From Lingula anatina (lineage: Eukaryota > Animalia > Brachiopoda), in contig CM120645.1 of the NCBI GenBank assembly GCA_051362555.1, positions 1,736,001 through 1,800,000 of the forward strand: a DNA stretch of 64,000 nt. The letters are read 5' to 3'. Below the pieces are notes generated by a model. The model searched no databases. It saw nothing but the letters and a program-made list of their open reading frames with translations, and had not been told where the DNA came from. A program made the translations under genes and the position numbers. The stretch's first letter is position 1; every line of letters begins with the position of its first letter. Of this stretch, positions 12,951 to 28,288 are shown piece by piece.

Positions 12951-15900
12951 TTTCCGAAATTGGATCCCGTAAAAGTTTTTAAAAGTAAAATAAAAATAAA
13001 AAGATTATTAGTAATAATGATAATTAAAAATAAAAATAATTAAGTTTTATACAAGTACAACATTGGTCAAAAAGGTTGTCCCACCCCCACTTCCATATAC
13101 TTTTATTTACAAATGATCAGCTCACAGGTGTAAATTGTTATAACTAGTGCTTTTTATTCTAGATACCATGTCTAACATGAATAATGGTTAAAAAAATACA
13201 AAATAGTGGTCTGTTTAGGAAGAATGGGAAAATATCCCACAAAACAGAATTATTACCCTTGTTGAAGGCTTGTCGCGCCATCTACAGGAGATAATTACAG
13301 TACGCGGTAGACGCACACGCTATTAGGCAGGTGACCTCTAACGAGCACATCCTAATGCTAATTATGTGTAAATTTGGTGACATTTGGTGGCGTCTTTTCA
13401 ATTAAATAGGCACTTCTTTACATCCGTAGAAATCACAGTGGAACATTGGATCTGAGGGGGTACTTGTTATAAATTTGACTTAATGGTATAAAATGTGCAT
13501 TTTACAACTCAATGAACTGTCTGTTATTTTAAAACAGTATGACATAGATTATGCCTGCATAACAGGGAGCTGGTGCAACTCATCCATCTCTGACAGCATA
13601 TAATACAGTGAGAAAAGACAGAGAGCAGAAGAGGGGCGGTGGATTGGTTTGTTACATCTAAGAATCAATACCTTTCAAGATATGGAATGAGCTAGTCTGC
13701 AACCTGGAATCACTATGGATAACTTTGAGACCAAACAGACTACCTCGGCGTGAATTCTCACACATCAGCCTTGGCGCAATTTACCACCCTCTAGGTGCAG
13801 ATAACAAGAGTATGACCCAACATATCATATCTTCCACTGACTTTATCCTCAGGGTCCACCCGTATTCAGCAGTCTTCCTTATTGGTGACTTTAACACACT
13901 CCCTGACAACCAATTTAAGAGAGCCTTCAACTTGAGACAGATTGTCAGGAAGGGTACAAGAAGAGAATCAATACTGGACAAAATCTTCACTAACATTGAC
14001 CAATATTACAAGGTGCCCGAAATACTACCGCCAATAGGACATCCGACCACAATGCAGTACTCTCCCTTCCTGCAAATCATAACCGCAATCCATGTGGTAA
14101 AGAGGAAAAGATCCGCTGTCGCTCCATGGGAAAAAATGAAAAAAATTCTTTTCGCTCATGAGCTCATGAAAGTGAATTGGACACCACTGTATAAAATGGA
14201 CACTTGTGCAAACCAGTACCAGTTCTTCGAAGAGACAATTAACAATCTCCTTGACACCTATCTTCCAATGAGAGTCATCAGCAGACACACAACGGACAAA
14301 CCCTGGGTAACATCTGATTTCAAGGACCTCATCAAACGGCGTCAGAGAGCCCTCAGCGAAGGAAATACTAGCCTTTCACATGCACTCAGGAACAAAATCA
14401 AAAGGACAAATAAACAACTTAAGTCAAAATACTATAAAAATAAAATAGAATCATTGAAACAGTCCAACTCTTCCCTATGGTGGAAAAAATCAAAAGAATT
14501 ATCTGGGATGCAAAACAATGTCACTTTACTCCAACTGCTGGCAGATAGCACATCTTCAGGCAATCTTCCAGTTCTGGCAAACAAAATCAATACCTTTTTT
14601 CATAGTGTCAGCCAAGACCTGTCACCTTTACAACCTGACGGAAATGCCCAGCAGAGTTGTATAGTACCTGACAAATTTGTTATCTGCACAGCGGATGTAG
14701 AAAAATTACTATCCAAAGTAAAGCTGTCTTAAGCTAAAGGCCCAGACCAAATTCCAAATTGGGTTCTCAGAGACTTTGCAGACTACTTGTCAAAACCACT
14801 TTGTGCAATTTTCAATAGCTCAGTAAGGGATGGTTGCGTACCAAAAATTTGGAAATCTGCAGAGATAATACCCATTCCAAAAGTGAATCAGCCAAAGGTA
14901 ATAGAGTCAGATCTTAGACCTATATCACAAACACCAGTTCTAAGTAAAATTTTGGAGTCTTTTGTAACAAAGTGGGTTACAGATGGTCTGCAAATTGATA
15001 GAGCACAGTTTGGTGGCATTCAGAATAGTTCAACTACTCACGCCTTAGTTGAATTGACTCATAGATTACTAGAAGGACTTGAACCATCCCCCAAAACAAA
15101 GTCTTATGCTCAGGTGTTATTTTTAGATTTTGCTAAAGACTTCGACAGGATTGATCACCATATCTTAATGAAAAAATTAGAAATTCAAGGGATAGACCAA
15201 TTGGCTGACTGGGTCAAGCAAAACAAGATGAAACTTAATGTAAAGAAGACTAAGTCAATGGACATAAATTTTACCAAGAACTGTAATCTTACAATGCCAA
15301 CATTGGAAATAGATGGTGAACGTGTAGAAAAGGTCAAAAAGTTTAAGATACTTGGTGTTATTTTAACCCCAGACCTCAAGTGGGCTGAACACATCCGAAT
15401 CATGTATGCTAAGGCATGTTTAAAGCTCTTTTATCTCAGACAGCTAAAGAGGGCAAAACTGGACATACAAGATTTATTAACTATTTACCAGTCTGTAATA
15501 AGATCAGTTTTAGAATATGCATGTCCAGTATGGGGACCAGGTCTGACTGCTGAGCAATCTGAATGTCTAGAGTCAGTTCAAGAGAGAGCTTTAAGGATTA
15601 TTTGCCCTGGTCTCAGTTATGATGATGCCTTAAAAGTTTGTAACATTGACACCCTAGACAAACGTAGACATTTGCTGTATCAGAGGTTTTATACAAAATT
15701 AAAAAATTGTGAAAAGTTAGGACATTTATTGACTGAAAGAAACACCCGCCCTTTACGAAACACCAAATTCTTACAACCAAAAGTGAACGTTTTAAAAATT
15801 CCTTTATTAATTATTGCCTTTTTAACTTGTAGTAATTTATGGATGCCGTTTTAATTTGTAGTATTTTAAGAATAATTTATTGTTTTATAATTTAAAGTTT

Positions 15901-18900
15901 ATTGTCAATTTTCTTTTAAACATTCTTTGTACAACTTCAACCTTAGGGTTGCAATTTTATCAAATAAATTATTATTATTATTATTATTATTATTAAACAT
16001 ACAGAAAAGATTAATATAAATGAAGTACAGCTTCAGTTGGAAAACCACATATATATAATTTCATCTTGAGTTGGAAAACCAGCTCAATTCCATTATTTTT
16101 CAAGAAGAAAGGCATTTTTTTTTTTTTTTTTTTTTTTTTGCAAAAATGTTGGACTTTGAACTCCCACTGGCATGAAGCCTCATGGTAGTTACATATTCTT
16201 AGTGTCCACGTTAGATAAATAAAAAATTGGTGTTGACTTTGTTGTTAAGCATAATGTATTATTGCATCAAAACTGTCAAAAAAAAAAATTCTTTGCATCA
16301 TTGTGTGTTCATCTAACAGCTTTGCTGCCTTGTTGATTCTCTTTCTACACACTGTTATGTAGGTTAAAAAAGATGCCATACTTACGACACCGTCTTGTTA
16401 GTTCAGCTGAAAAAATTGATAAGAAGAAATATATTAGAAAAGCACATTAATGATATATATATACAAATAATCTATATATTGTACAACTTCTGCCACCACT
16501 TTTGCCGATAAATTTGAGAAATGAATCCTTAATGTCAAAACATACACCAGTTTCCCAACATATCAACAATTTTTTGTTCACTGCGTTTTTTAATGATCCT
16601 ATAACGTGGATTGCAAGGTAATATCCATTACCACAATTATTTTCAATTTTAAAAACCACATCTTACATGCAGTTAGCTTGTAGTGCCTTTTTACACACTG
16701 GTATGTAGGTTATAGAAGATGCACTGTGCCTGAGATAATTTATAAAACTCCCTGGCTATCTATCATCTAAGACCTTAACTAATTTAAAAATCAGTAAAAC
16801 GAGGCAGCAAGCAGCCTTAAGTAAAACACAAAAAATAAACACATATGAAAGTTGGTCTACACTGAAGAAAAATTAGTATTAAATATTTTTGTGTTAAATG
16901 TAATATCATACTTACGACATTGTGCGATAGATTCAGCTGAAAACGTGAAAAGATGTATTTTGCAAAAGTACACGAAAATATTCATACAATCATGTGCATA
17001 TTCTGCCAACGTGAACAAAGATGTTAATATATATTATATATTGGTTTAGATATGAATTAATTGATATTATTCTCTCAATAGTAAAATATAGAACTCTATA
17101 GACTATCTCTATACAGCAACTAAAATTTCCCGTTTCTGCTTTTTTGTCTAGCCCATAAAACCAACTATTCTTACCAATTATTTTCTATTTCTGGCTATAG
17201 AAAGATAGCAGTAGGGAGGGCACGTTTGCAAATCAAATGTAATGTTTGATGTAATACTTACGACATGTCGGCATTTCTAGGGGAAAAAAGAAAGGCAATA
17301 TTAAACACAATGGGGCATCACTTGAATAATATAATCATTCAAACAATTATCATTTAAACATTGATTTTTCAGATACTTTAAAGTTTAGGTGATTCGATCA
17401 ATGAAGCCATATGATAAAAGACAAAATAGTGGAATTTGTTTAATGCTGAATTATCAAAAGAAAAAGAGGTGTTCGCGGAATTCAACTTTAACGGTTACAT
17501 ATGATTGGGTTTATTTCCTTATCCGCTATTAGCTACCGTGGAAATGAACATTGTCATTTTATGAGATAACGTAGTCACATCCAATATACATTGAGGTAAA
17601 TATGCTAGTTCCAGTTGGTGACGTAAAAGTAGTTATTTGGGAGAGAAAACTTTTATGTCCATTTCAAACAATATGTACTACAAACTGGTGTCAGGAAATT
17701 GGCGTAGGTTTAATCTCTACATAAAAAACAGCAACTCCCTTGATAATGTTGAAATCAGAACAACACAACAAAGAGTTCATAGCGTTTCCTTCAAATGGTT
17801 ACACATAATTTGAAAAGAAATGTATAAAAGACTAAGTTTCCTTCGAACTTAAAAACCAATAACTTGACTTCCACTTCCCCCTTTTCCTAATGCCAGTGAA
17901 TACTGCATCCTAACAGTTTAAATACGGTACTATCGAAATCAAACACCCTATTCCTGGATACAATATTGTTATAAGTTCAAGAGTTTACAAATAAGATCAC
18001 CTGCACAAAATATATACAAATTTAAATAAGAATTGAAAGATTTTAAAATATCAAAACTGAGCCCCCTGCTAGGGTATTAAAATGACAACCGTTAAATCAT
18101 AAAAAATTCCTTACTCTAAGTTGAATTGGTAAAAACAAACATAACATCAAATGGGTTTTTAAGCACAGTTTTTATGTCGAGTTTTTATTTATTCAAGGAC
18201 CAATATTTGAGAAGAAAAGTATAAAGTACAAACTTTTCATCGAACATCAGAACCAATATGTCGACTTCAAATCCCCCCTTTCCTAATGGTGGTAATGGTA
18301 CTGCACCCATGCAATAAAGTCTAACTGCCAGTTCTCACCTGGAACGCAATTTTGTGGATCTGGAACAGAAGAGTTGAACATGTATCCCTCTTCACACACA
18401 CAGACCAGAGGTTCTGGACAAGGTAAACTTTGACCTTCTTCGTTGGTAGTATTCTGGCAGTTTGACACAGTACTGTTATCCACTATCTCACAGCATCTGG
18501 TATTATTACCACACACAACTGGGGGCCTCACTTCAATTTATGAAACAAAAGACAAAACTTGTCAATACAGGGAAATGAATTTATATAGATTTCATTTTGA
18601 AACATTATGTCATGATCATTGCATTTCTGTGTGTGTCCTTCTAAGACGAGGTACAGTGTGCCATATAAAACATTGCCAAATTCCACCCACTTTGACAAGG
18701 ACGATGGTCATCCGACATTTTCCAACCAGTGTAAATTACAAAGCTACATGTCACCCTTACGTAAACCATGATTAAAATTTTTATTTCGATATTATGTTAT
18801 AAGATCTAAAGATTAATAATGAAATCATCTGCACAATATATACATGTTTACAAGTTTAAATAGGGTAGTATTGAACCAACAATCACAAATCAACTGAGAG

Positions 18901-18925
18901 TGCCTTACTCTTCCTTGAAAAGGTT

Positions 18926-18966
<41 letters not shown>

Positions 18967-21900
18967 ACTTTAACCAACAATGAGAGTTCTCACCTGGAAC
19001 GCAATTTTGTGGATCTGGATCAGAAGAGTTGAACATGAATCCCTCTTCACACGCACAGACCCGAGGTTCTGGACAAGGTAAACTTTGACCTTCTTCATTG
19101 GTAGTATTCTGACAGTTTGACACTGTACTGTTATCCACTACCTCACAGCATCTGGTATTATTACCACACACAACTGAGGGCCTCACTTCAATTTATGAAA
19201 CAGAAGACAAAACTTATCAACACAGGGAAATTATTTTATATAGATTCCAATTCAGAACATGATGCCAGGATTATTGTGCTTCGGTGTGCATCCTTCTACA
19301 GTGTGTAACATGAAAGACAGTGCGCCATACAAAACATTGCCAAATTCCAGTCAACGTGACAATTGACTGTGGGTATACGATACACGTTTTTCAACCACTG
19401 TAACTTTAAATGCTGCATAAGATCTTACGTTTAATAATGAAGTCATATGCACAATGTACACCAATACTTTGGGGGAGATAAATGACTGTGGAATGATATG
19501 CTCCTGCTATCAGTTTATTAACAAGTTTACAAGTTTAAATATGGTTGTATCGAAATCACAAACACAAAGCATAAAGAGTGCCTTACTCTTCCTTGAAGAG
19601 GTAAAAAAGCAGAACTTAAACCAGCAAAGACAGTGGGCCAAAAAAACATGGCCAAATTCCATCCAATGTGACGTATGACGATGCGGGTACACGATACCTA
19701 CTTTTAAGTTATATGTCACGTGTACGCAAACCATGATTAAAAATATTATTTCTACATATACTGTTATGAGATCTAAAGTTTAACGATGAAGTCATCTGCA
19801 CAATATATACATGTTTAATTACAAATTTAAATATGGGAGTATCAAAATCACAAACACAAATCATATAGAGTGCCTTACTCTTCCTTGAAAAGGTAAAAAG
19901 CAAAACTTTAACCAATAATAACAGAACTCACCTGGAACGCAATTTTGTGGATCTGGATCAAAAGTGTTGAACATGAATCCCTCATCACACACACATACCA
20001 GAGGTTCTGGACAAGGTAAACTTTGACCTTCTTCATTGGTAGTATTCTGACAGTTTGACACTGTACTGTTATCCACTACCTCACAGCATCTGGTATTATT
20101 ACCACACACAACTGAGGGCCTCACTTCAATTTATGAAACAGAAGACAAAACTTATCAACACAGGGAAATTATTTTATATAGATTCCAATTCAGAACATGA
20201 TGCCAGGATTATTGTGCTTCGGTGTGCATCCTTCTACAGTGTGTAACATGAAAGACAGTGCGCCATACAAAACATTGCCAAATTCCAGTCAACGTGACAA
20301 TTGACTGTGGGTATACGATACACGTTTTTCAACCACTGTAACTTTAAATGCTGCATAAGATCTTACGTTTAATAATGAAGTCATATGCACAATGTACACC
20401 AATACTTTGGGGGAGATAAATGACTGTGGAATGATATGCTCCTGCTATCAGTTTATTAACAAGTTTACAAGTTTAAATATGGTTGTATCGAAATCACAAA
20501 CACAAAGCATAAAGAGTGCCTTACTCTTCCTTGAAGAGGTAAAAAAGCAGAACTTAAACCAGCAAAGACAGTGGGCCAAAAAAACATGGCCAAATTCCAT
20601 CCAATGTGACGTATGACGATGCGGGTACACGATACCTACTTTTAAGTTATATGTCACGTGTACGCAAACCATGATTAAAAATATTATTTCTACATATACT
20701 GTTATGAGATCTAAAGTTTAACGATGAAGTCATCTGCACAATATATACATGTTTAATTACAAATTTAAATATGGGAGTATCAAAATCACAAACACAAATC
20801 ATATAGAGTGCCTTACTCTTCCTTGAAAAGGTAAAAAGCAAAACTTTAACCAATAATAACAGAACTCACCTGGAACGCAATTTTGTGGATCTGGATCAGA
20901 AGTGTTGAACATGAATCCCTCATCACACACACATACCAGAGGTTCTGGACAAGGTAAACTTTGACCTTCTTCATTGGTAGTATTCTGACAGTTTGACACT
21001 GTACTGTTATCCACTACCTCACAGCATCTGGTATTATTACCACACACAACTGGGGGCCTCACTTCAATTTATGAAACAGAAGACAAAACTTGTCAACACA
21101 AGGAAATGAATTTATATAGATTTCATTTTGGAACATTATGTCTTGATCATTGCATTTCTGTGTGTATCCTTTTACAACATTATTTTAGAACTCATTAATT
21201 TTAGGACATTATGGCAAATTCATGCTTATATGTTTATACTTCTAACATGGGATACAGTGTGCCATAAACAGCATTGCCAAATTCCACCCACTGCGATGTG
21301 TGATGACTGGTATACAACACTTGTTTTCCAAGCAGTGTAAATTACAATACTACATGTCACGTATATAAAACCATGATTAAAATATTATTTTTCCATATAT
21401 TGTTATAAGATCTAAAGTTTAATAGTGAAGTCATATGCACAATATACACGTGTACAAGTTTAAGTACGATAGTATTAAAATCATGAACACAAATCACTGA
21501 GAGTGCTTTACTCTTCCTTGAAAAGGAAAAAAGCAGAACTTTAACCAGCAATGAGAGTTCTCACCTGGAACGCAATTTTGTGGATCTGGATCAGAAGAGT
21601 TGAACATGTATCCCTCATCACACACACAGACCAGAGGTTCTGGACAAGGTAAACTTTGACCTTCTTCGTTGGTAGTATTCTGGCAGTTTGACACTGTACT
21701 GTTATCCACTATCTCACAGCATCTGGTATTATTACCACACACAACTGGGGGCCTCACTTCAATTTAAGAAACAGAAGTGAAGACTTGTCAACACAAGGAA
21801 ATGAATTTATATAGATTTCATTTTGGAACATTATGTCTTGACCATTGCATTTCTGTGTGTATTCTTCTAACATGGGGTACAGTGTGTCATATAAAACACT

Positions 21901-24900
21901 GCCAAATTATACCCACTTTGACAAGGGCGATGGTCATCTGACATTTTCCAACTAGTGTAAATTACAAAGCTACATGTCACGCGTACTCAAACAATGATTA
22001 AAATTTTACTTCTACACATTGTTATAAGATCTTTAGATTAATAATGAAGTCATCTGCACAATACATACATGTTGACAACTTTAAATATGGTAGTATTGAA
22101 ATCACAAACACAAAGCATAAAGAGTGTCTCACTCTTATTGAAAAGGTAAAAAAGCAGAACTTTAACCAGCAATGAAAGTTCTCACCTGGCACGCAATTTT
22201 GTGGATCTGAATCAGAAGAGTTGAACATGTATCCCTCTTCACACACACAGACCAGAGGTTCTGGACAAGGTAAACTTTGACCTTCTTCATTGGTAGTATT
22301 CTGGCAGTTTGACACTGTACTGTTATCCACTACCTCACAGCATCTGGTATTATTGCCACACATAACTGGGGGCCTCACTTCAATTTATGAAACAAAAGAC
22401 AAAGCTCATGAATAATTTTAGAGCATTATTTTAGAACTCATTAATTTTAGGACACTGTGGCAAATTCATGCTTATACGCTCGTATGTTTATACTTCTAAC
22501 ATGGGATACAGTGTGCCATAAACAGCATGCCAAATTCCACGCACTGCAATGTGTGACGACTGGTATACAACACCTGTTTTCCAAGCAGTGTAAATGACAA
22601 AGCTACATGTCACACACACACACATATATATATATATATGTCAAAGGCCCGGATCAAATCTAGTCCCATGCATAAAGAGCCCAGACTCCATGTTTATTAC
22701 ACCCTGGCTGGGCCCATTATTTTTGGTGTCTTTGCATTGTTAACAGCATAATGGGCAAGTTAAATGACCAAGTTAATTGACCAAATTAATTGGCCAAGCT
22801 GCCAGTTTGTTTGTATGGCATGTGCAGTTGTCTTAGATCAAGGCACAAATGAAGCCCACCTTTAATTTAACATTTCTTTAGTGTTTAGCTTTTTATGCAT
22901 TCCAACCACTGCGGCAAGTGACACCCATCTTTCAAACAGTGTAAATTACAATGCTACATGTCACTTATTTACCAGCCATGATTAAAAATATTATTTCTCC
23001 AAATTTTGCTAGAAGATTTAATATTGAAGTCATCTTCACAAAATATACATTTTATAAGTTTAAATATGGTAGTATAGATATAACAAACACAAATCGTATA
23101 GAGTGCCTTACTCTTCCTTGAAAAGGTAAAAACATGCAGTCCTTTAACCAACAATGAGAGTTCTCACCTGGAACGCAATTTTGTGGATTAGGATCAGAAG
23201 AGTTGAACAGGTATCCCTCTTCACACACACAGGCCAGAGGTTCTGGACAAGGTAAACTTTGACCTTCTTCATTGGTAGTATTCTGACAATTTGACACTGT
23301 ATTATTATCCACTACCTCACAGCATCTGGTATTATTACCACACACAACTGGGGGCTTCACTTCAATTTATGAAACAGAAGTCAAGACACGTGAACACAGG
23401 GAAATTAATTTAGAACATTATTTTAGAACTCATAAAATTTAGATCACTGTGCCAAATTTATTGTGTTCGTGGGTTTATACTTTTAACATGAGATACAGTG
23501 TACCATACACAACATTGCCTAATTTCACCCACTGTGAAGTGTGACGATGGGTATGCGATATCCATTTTGAAACCAGTGAAAATTACTAAGCTACATACCA
23601 CAAACGTAATCCCATATACGATTACAAACATTATTCCTAGATACACTGTTATAAGATCAAGAGTTTAAAAACAAGATCACATGCACAAAATACATACAAA
23701 TTTCAACAAAAATTGAAAGATTTTAAAAGAACAACACTGAGCCCCTGACGAGGGTATTAAAACCACAAGGGTAAAATCATAAAGAATTCCTTACTCTAAG
23801 TTGAATTGGTAAAAACAAACATGACATCAAATGGGTTTTTAAGCACACTTTTTATGTCGAATTATAATTTATTCAAGGAAGGACCAATATTTGAAAAGAA
23901 AAGAAATGCATAGTAACTTTTTATCAAAACCAATATCTCGACTTCAACCTCCCCCCCCCCCCCCCATCCTTTCCTAATGGTGGTAGTGGTACCGCACCCA
24001 TGCAATAAAATCTATAACTGCCTGTTCTCACCTGGAACGCAATTTTGTGGATCTGGAACAGAAGAGTTGAACATGTATCCCTTTTCACACACACAGACCC
24101 GAGGTTCTAGGCAAGGTAAACTTTGACCTTCTTCATTGGTAGTATTCTGACAGTTCGACACTGTACTGTTATCCACTACCTCACAGCATCTGGTATTATT
24201 ACCACACACAACTGGGGGCCTCACTTCTATTTATGAAACAGAAGACAAAACTTGTCAACACAGGGAAATGAATTTATATAGATTTCATTTTGAAACATTA
24301 TGTCATGATCATTGCATTTCTGTGTGTGTGCTTCTAAGACGAGGTACAGTGTGACATATAAAACATTGCCAAAGTCCACCCACTTTGACAAGGACGATGG
24401 TCATCCAACATTTTTCCAACCAGTGTAAATTACAAAGCTACATGCCACCCTTACGTAAACCATGATTAAAATTTTTATTTCGACATTCTGTTATAAGATC
24501 TAAAGATTAATAATGAAATCATCTGCACAACATATACATGTTTACAAGTTTAAATAGGGTAGTATCGAACCAACAAAAACAAATCATTGAGAGTGCCTTA
24601 CTCTTCCTTGAAAAGGTTAAAAAAAAAAAAAAACACAGGACTTTAACCAACAATGGGAGTTCTCACCTGGAACGCAATTTTGTGGATCTGGATCAGAAGA
24701 GTTGAACATGTATCCCTCTTCACACACACAGACCAGAGGTTCTGGACAAGGTAAACTTTGACCTTCTTCATTGGTAGTATTCTGGCAGTTTGACACTGTA
24801 CTGTTATCCACTACTTCACAGCATCTGGTATTATTACCACACACAACTGGGGGCCTCACTTCAATTTATGAAACAAAAGTCAAAACTCATGAATAATTTT

Positions 24901-27061
24901 ATGGCATTATTTTAGAACCCATTATATTTTAGAACATTGTGCCAAATTGATGTTTTTGTGTTAATGTTTCTCACATGAGATACAGTGTACCATACACAGC
25001 AATGCCAAATTTCACCCACTGCGACGTGTGACGACTGGTATAAAACACCTGTTTTCCAACCAGTCAAGTACTACATGCCACGTTTACGCAAACCATATAT
25101 AATTACAAATATTATTTTATTTTCTTGAAATCATGAAAACGAAATCTTAAAATAGTTCTTTGCTCTTCCAATATTCAAGCACATAACTTTTTATCAAACT
25201 TCAGAACCAGTACTGTGTATCTCGGCTTCAACCCCTTCTGTTTCCCCTAGTTACTTATACTAATTACCGTACCGCTGCAATAAAGTCTGTGAGTGCCATT
25301 TCTCACCTGGAACGCATCTTTTGGAACCTGGATCAGAGGTGTTCAACCTGTATCCCTCATTACACACACAGGACCATTTATGCGGGCAAGGTAAACTTTT
25401 TTCAATGATATTATTCTTGCAGTAGATCGAGTGTCTTCTAACCCTACAGCACTTGGAGTTCTCCCCACACACGGGTCTTGGCGAATGTCTTTTACACCCC
25501 GTGCCTCGGCTACCGCACTCCTGGCAGCGTATACGTGAGAAGGCGAGGTGCGATGGCTTAGCGTGCCGGCCGCCGTGTTTGCGTTGATGCCCAGGACATG
25601 CTCGGGTTATGCAGAAACGACTGTGCCTTGTACGCCCTAAATGTAAATTCAAGATTTTACGAAAAGTATAACAACTTACACCTATATCATCTTTTTGTCT
25701 AATTTGATGAAAAGCCTGCATTGAACAAAAACGTATTTAAATTATTACAAGGTATAAAAAGCATGCCATAATGTCCAAATTCACTTGTAAGTAAAATTAA
25801 CGTTACCATTTTATCGTAAATGAACATGACTATTTTACTGAATCGTGCTCTTTGGTGGATTGGTCTTTATCTTGGCACGATTTTTAAGGCTGATTTCTCA
25901 TAATTGATATCGCTTGACGCCATTGCATTGAGATATGCATCGTACCATCATGCAAGCCAACCCACGGCTCTTCTTTCATGTACGGTCTGCCACATTTGAT
26001 CTGTAGATCAGTACATGTAGATCCTGTGATCTCCAATTCTGAATACGTCCTTTGTTGAATGAAGCTATTGTTCTGCACCCTGAGCTTCAGAGATAACTTG
26101 ACACTAACCTCTTCACTATAGCCTATCTTCATCGTGTCAAGTTACCTTTGACCACATTCGATTGCCCCCGCCGCCCGCCAATCAAATTTAAAGCCCGCAC
26201 TCAATGACTCATTGAACGATCTAGCCAATGAACGCGAACGAGTCAAAGCGCGCTTTGTTCAAATCCGGACCAATCAAAGATAAGGCTGAATATCAGGGAC
26301 TTGCCGTAACCTGTGAGCAGCACGCAAAATACATCAGCCCTCAGTAGATAATGATGCAGGGCCTCAAACTGCTCTGGTTTCAATTCCGATATACTCATAT
26401 TTTGCAAAGAATCAACAGATAACTTAACACATTATTTTACGTAGTCACTCGTAGGAGACGCCATGCTTTCTCCGTGTACGGTTATGCACTCGGAACTACT
26501 CGGATGTCTCCGCACTAGACAATAACTTTCTTGTTAGTATGGAGCTTGCGGAATCAGCCGAGGATTACCGCTTGACGGTCAACCAATCAGCGTTTTCACC
26601 AAACTTTGGTGAAAAATTTTGAAACTTGGATTCGATTGGCTTATATAAACTAGGTCAAACTATTTTCGTCAGAGGTAACTTGACACAATGAAGATAGGCT
26701 ATTGTGAAGAGGTTAGTGTCAAGTTATCTCTGAAGCTCAGGGTGTTGTTCTGTCGTGTAATGCATTTTTTGTGAACGTGAAAGTAACAAAACTAAGCAAA
26801 ATGTTTGGCTAACTGGAACACCGTTCAAAACGAAAGACGGTCCGAGAGAAGTGAGATACTTTATAGCATAATGCTGATGAAACAGGGATCGATCAAATAA
26901 AGTCCGAGTCATGGTAATTTAAAAACAAACAGCATCTATCTTTAAAATACTTAATGGTGAATTATAAAAGTCATAATTTAGCACTTACGAATATTGGCGA
27001 CCGCATACAGTGCAACCAAAACCAAAATCAGACAAAGGAGCATTGTCCTGTACATCTTCAT
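12388..27061 (-). CDS. Secreted Cys-rich repeat protein with PPC-like C-terminal domain, copy 2 (complete model, ~820-860 aa)
   Basis: Signal exon 27061-26989. Basic exon 25636-25307. Nine repeat exons: 24858-24667, 24223-24032, 23359-23168, 22377-22186, 21756-21565, 21061-20870, 20123-19932, 19185-18994, 18530-18339 (each 12 nt shorter if the internal YAG acceptor is used). Micro-exons 17276-17262, 16936-16916, 16406-16386. Terminal exon 12776-12388. All introns are GT-AG, phase 1, and the frame is open to TAA. Confidence 0.8.
13480..15994 (+). mobile_element. Degenerate CR1/L2-group LINE (APE endonuclease + reverse transcriptase) in the last intron of copy 2
   Basis: Endonuclease motifs (GGGL, IYHP, IGDFN, LDKIFTN) and RT motifs (GPDQIP, DLRPIS, FLDFAKDFD, KILGV, RSVLEYACPVW). 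Contains stops and frameshifts, and the PQG/YADD segment is deleted. Ends in AATAAA plus an (ATT)n tail. Absent from unit 3; the 5' boundary is approximate. Confidence 0.9.
19050..21050. repeat. Almost perfect 938-bp tandem duplication within the repeat-exon array
   Basis: Identical ORFs recur with a 938-bp offset (19117/20055, 19454/20392, 19709/20647). Boundaries are approximate. Confidence 0.85.
26076..26744. mobile_element. Non-autonomous DNA transposon with ~75-bp TIRs and 8-bp TSD (hAT- or P-type)
   Basis: TIR CACCCTGAGCTTCAGAGATAACTTGACACTAACC... and its reverse complement. TSD TTGTTCTG at 26068-26075 and 26745-26752. The site is empty in unit 1 (~3612-3619). Confidence 0.9.
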
Positions 27062-27825
27062 CTTCAAACGGTAGTCCGGGTAACTGGTCCACAGTGACTA
27101 CGGCAGTATGTGGGTCCGATGAAACGCTCAATGGACTGAAACCTTTTCAGCTTCCTTTTTATAGAAAATTTCTTGGTTGACAAGTTTTAACCGATCATTT
27201 GCTAGGGGAGGCACAGTTGTTCTATCCTCTGCCAGGGCCGCATGTTAAATATGTGCATTTTCATTTAGCGCGAGAATCGTGTCATACATAAGCCTGAGAC
27301 ATATCTGTGAATATCTAGAGAAAAATTTATCTGTGGCCCTGGTTGAGGGTAAATTTGGTTACTGCTAAATTTTTTTTTTTTTTGGGGGGGGGGAGGTGCT
27401 TCGAAGAATAGGATAATTACACTCTTATTTTGCTAACACACTGGACTGTATTTCGGATATTTTAAAACGCATTGGTGCGTTCCGAGCGAAATACAAGCCA
27501 GCGCAATTATCCTATTGTTCGAAGCGGCAGCCGTGAGATAAGTCAGTTACAACTACTCATCGTCTTCTGTATTGGACATTCGAGAGAAAATCGTCTCCGG
27601 TGTGCCTCGATATAATTACGCTGTTGTATGGGGCATACACTGTTCGACTCGCGCTGTTTGTTGTTACTGGAACGTACAGCATCATCTAACTGACAACAGC
27701 AATCACATCGAGAAGAGACGAGGTCCAGCAAGGCCGAGACCTAATTATGGCGGACCTACATGAAAGGAAGGTCGCGTAATCCTTTAATGGTCTCTCAATG
27801 ACATTCTCTTAAACAGATTGTAGTA

Positions 27826-28220
27826 GCCAGGTTTTACTCATGGCATGTAATGCTCGATTAAGAACATATGGCGACCTAGTCCTTCAAGTCTATGGACCAA
27901 ATGAATGGAACAATCTCCTAATATTCTTAAGAACTATTCTTAAGAGTTTGTGGACAATTTTAAAAAAGAATTAAAAACTTTTATTTTCAAAAAGTTATAT
28001 AACTTATTTGACTGGCTGTTATCTTTTATATTGTACTATCCATTTTAATATCTTAAAATCTTAACTGTCCATATGTTTATTTTCATTGTACTATACATTT
28101 TAATCTCTTAGGCCTAATATCTTAACTACCTATTTATTTATTTATTGACTTTATTCATCTGTTCTGTTCATTTTACCCATGCAAAGTCTACTGAACATTT
28201 TGTTTGGATTTTAGACTATA

Positions 28221-28253
<33 letters not shown>
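27826..28253 (+). mobile_element. 3' fragment of an L2/CR1-like LINE
   Basis: Encodes GPNEWNNLP...FKKELKTFIF-like ORF2 end, then an AT-rich 3'UTR and an (AAT)n tail. Not present in units 1 or 3. Confidence 0.6.

Positions 28254-28288
<35 letters not shown>

Noticed and set aside
17175-17194. Additional hinge micro-exon
   Set aside because: 20 nt, would shift frame and contains an in-frame TAA; the donor is degraded in copy 3.
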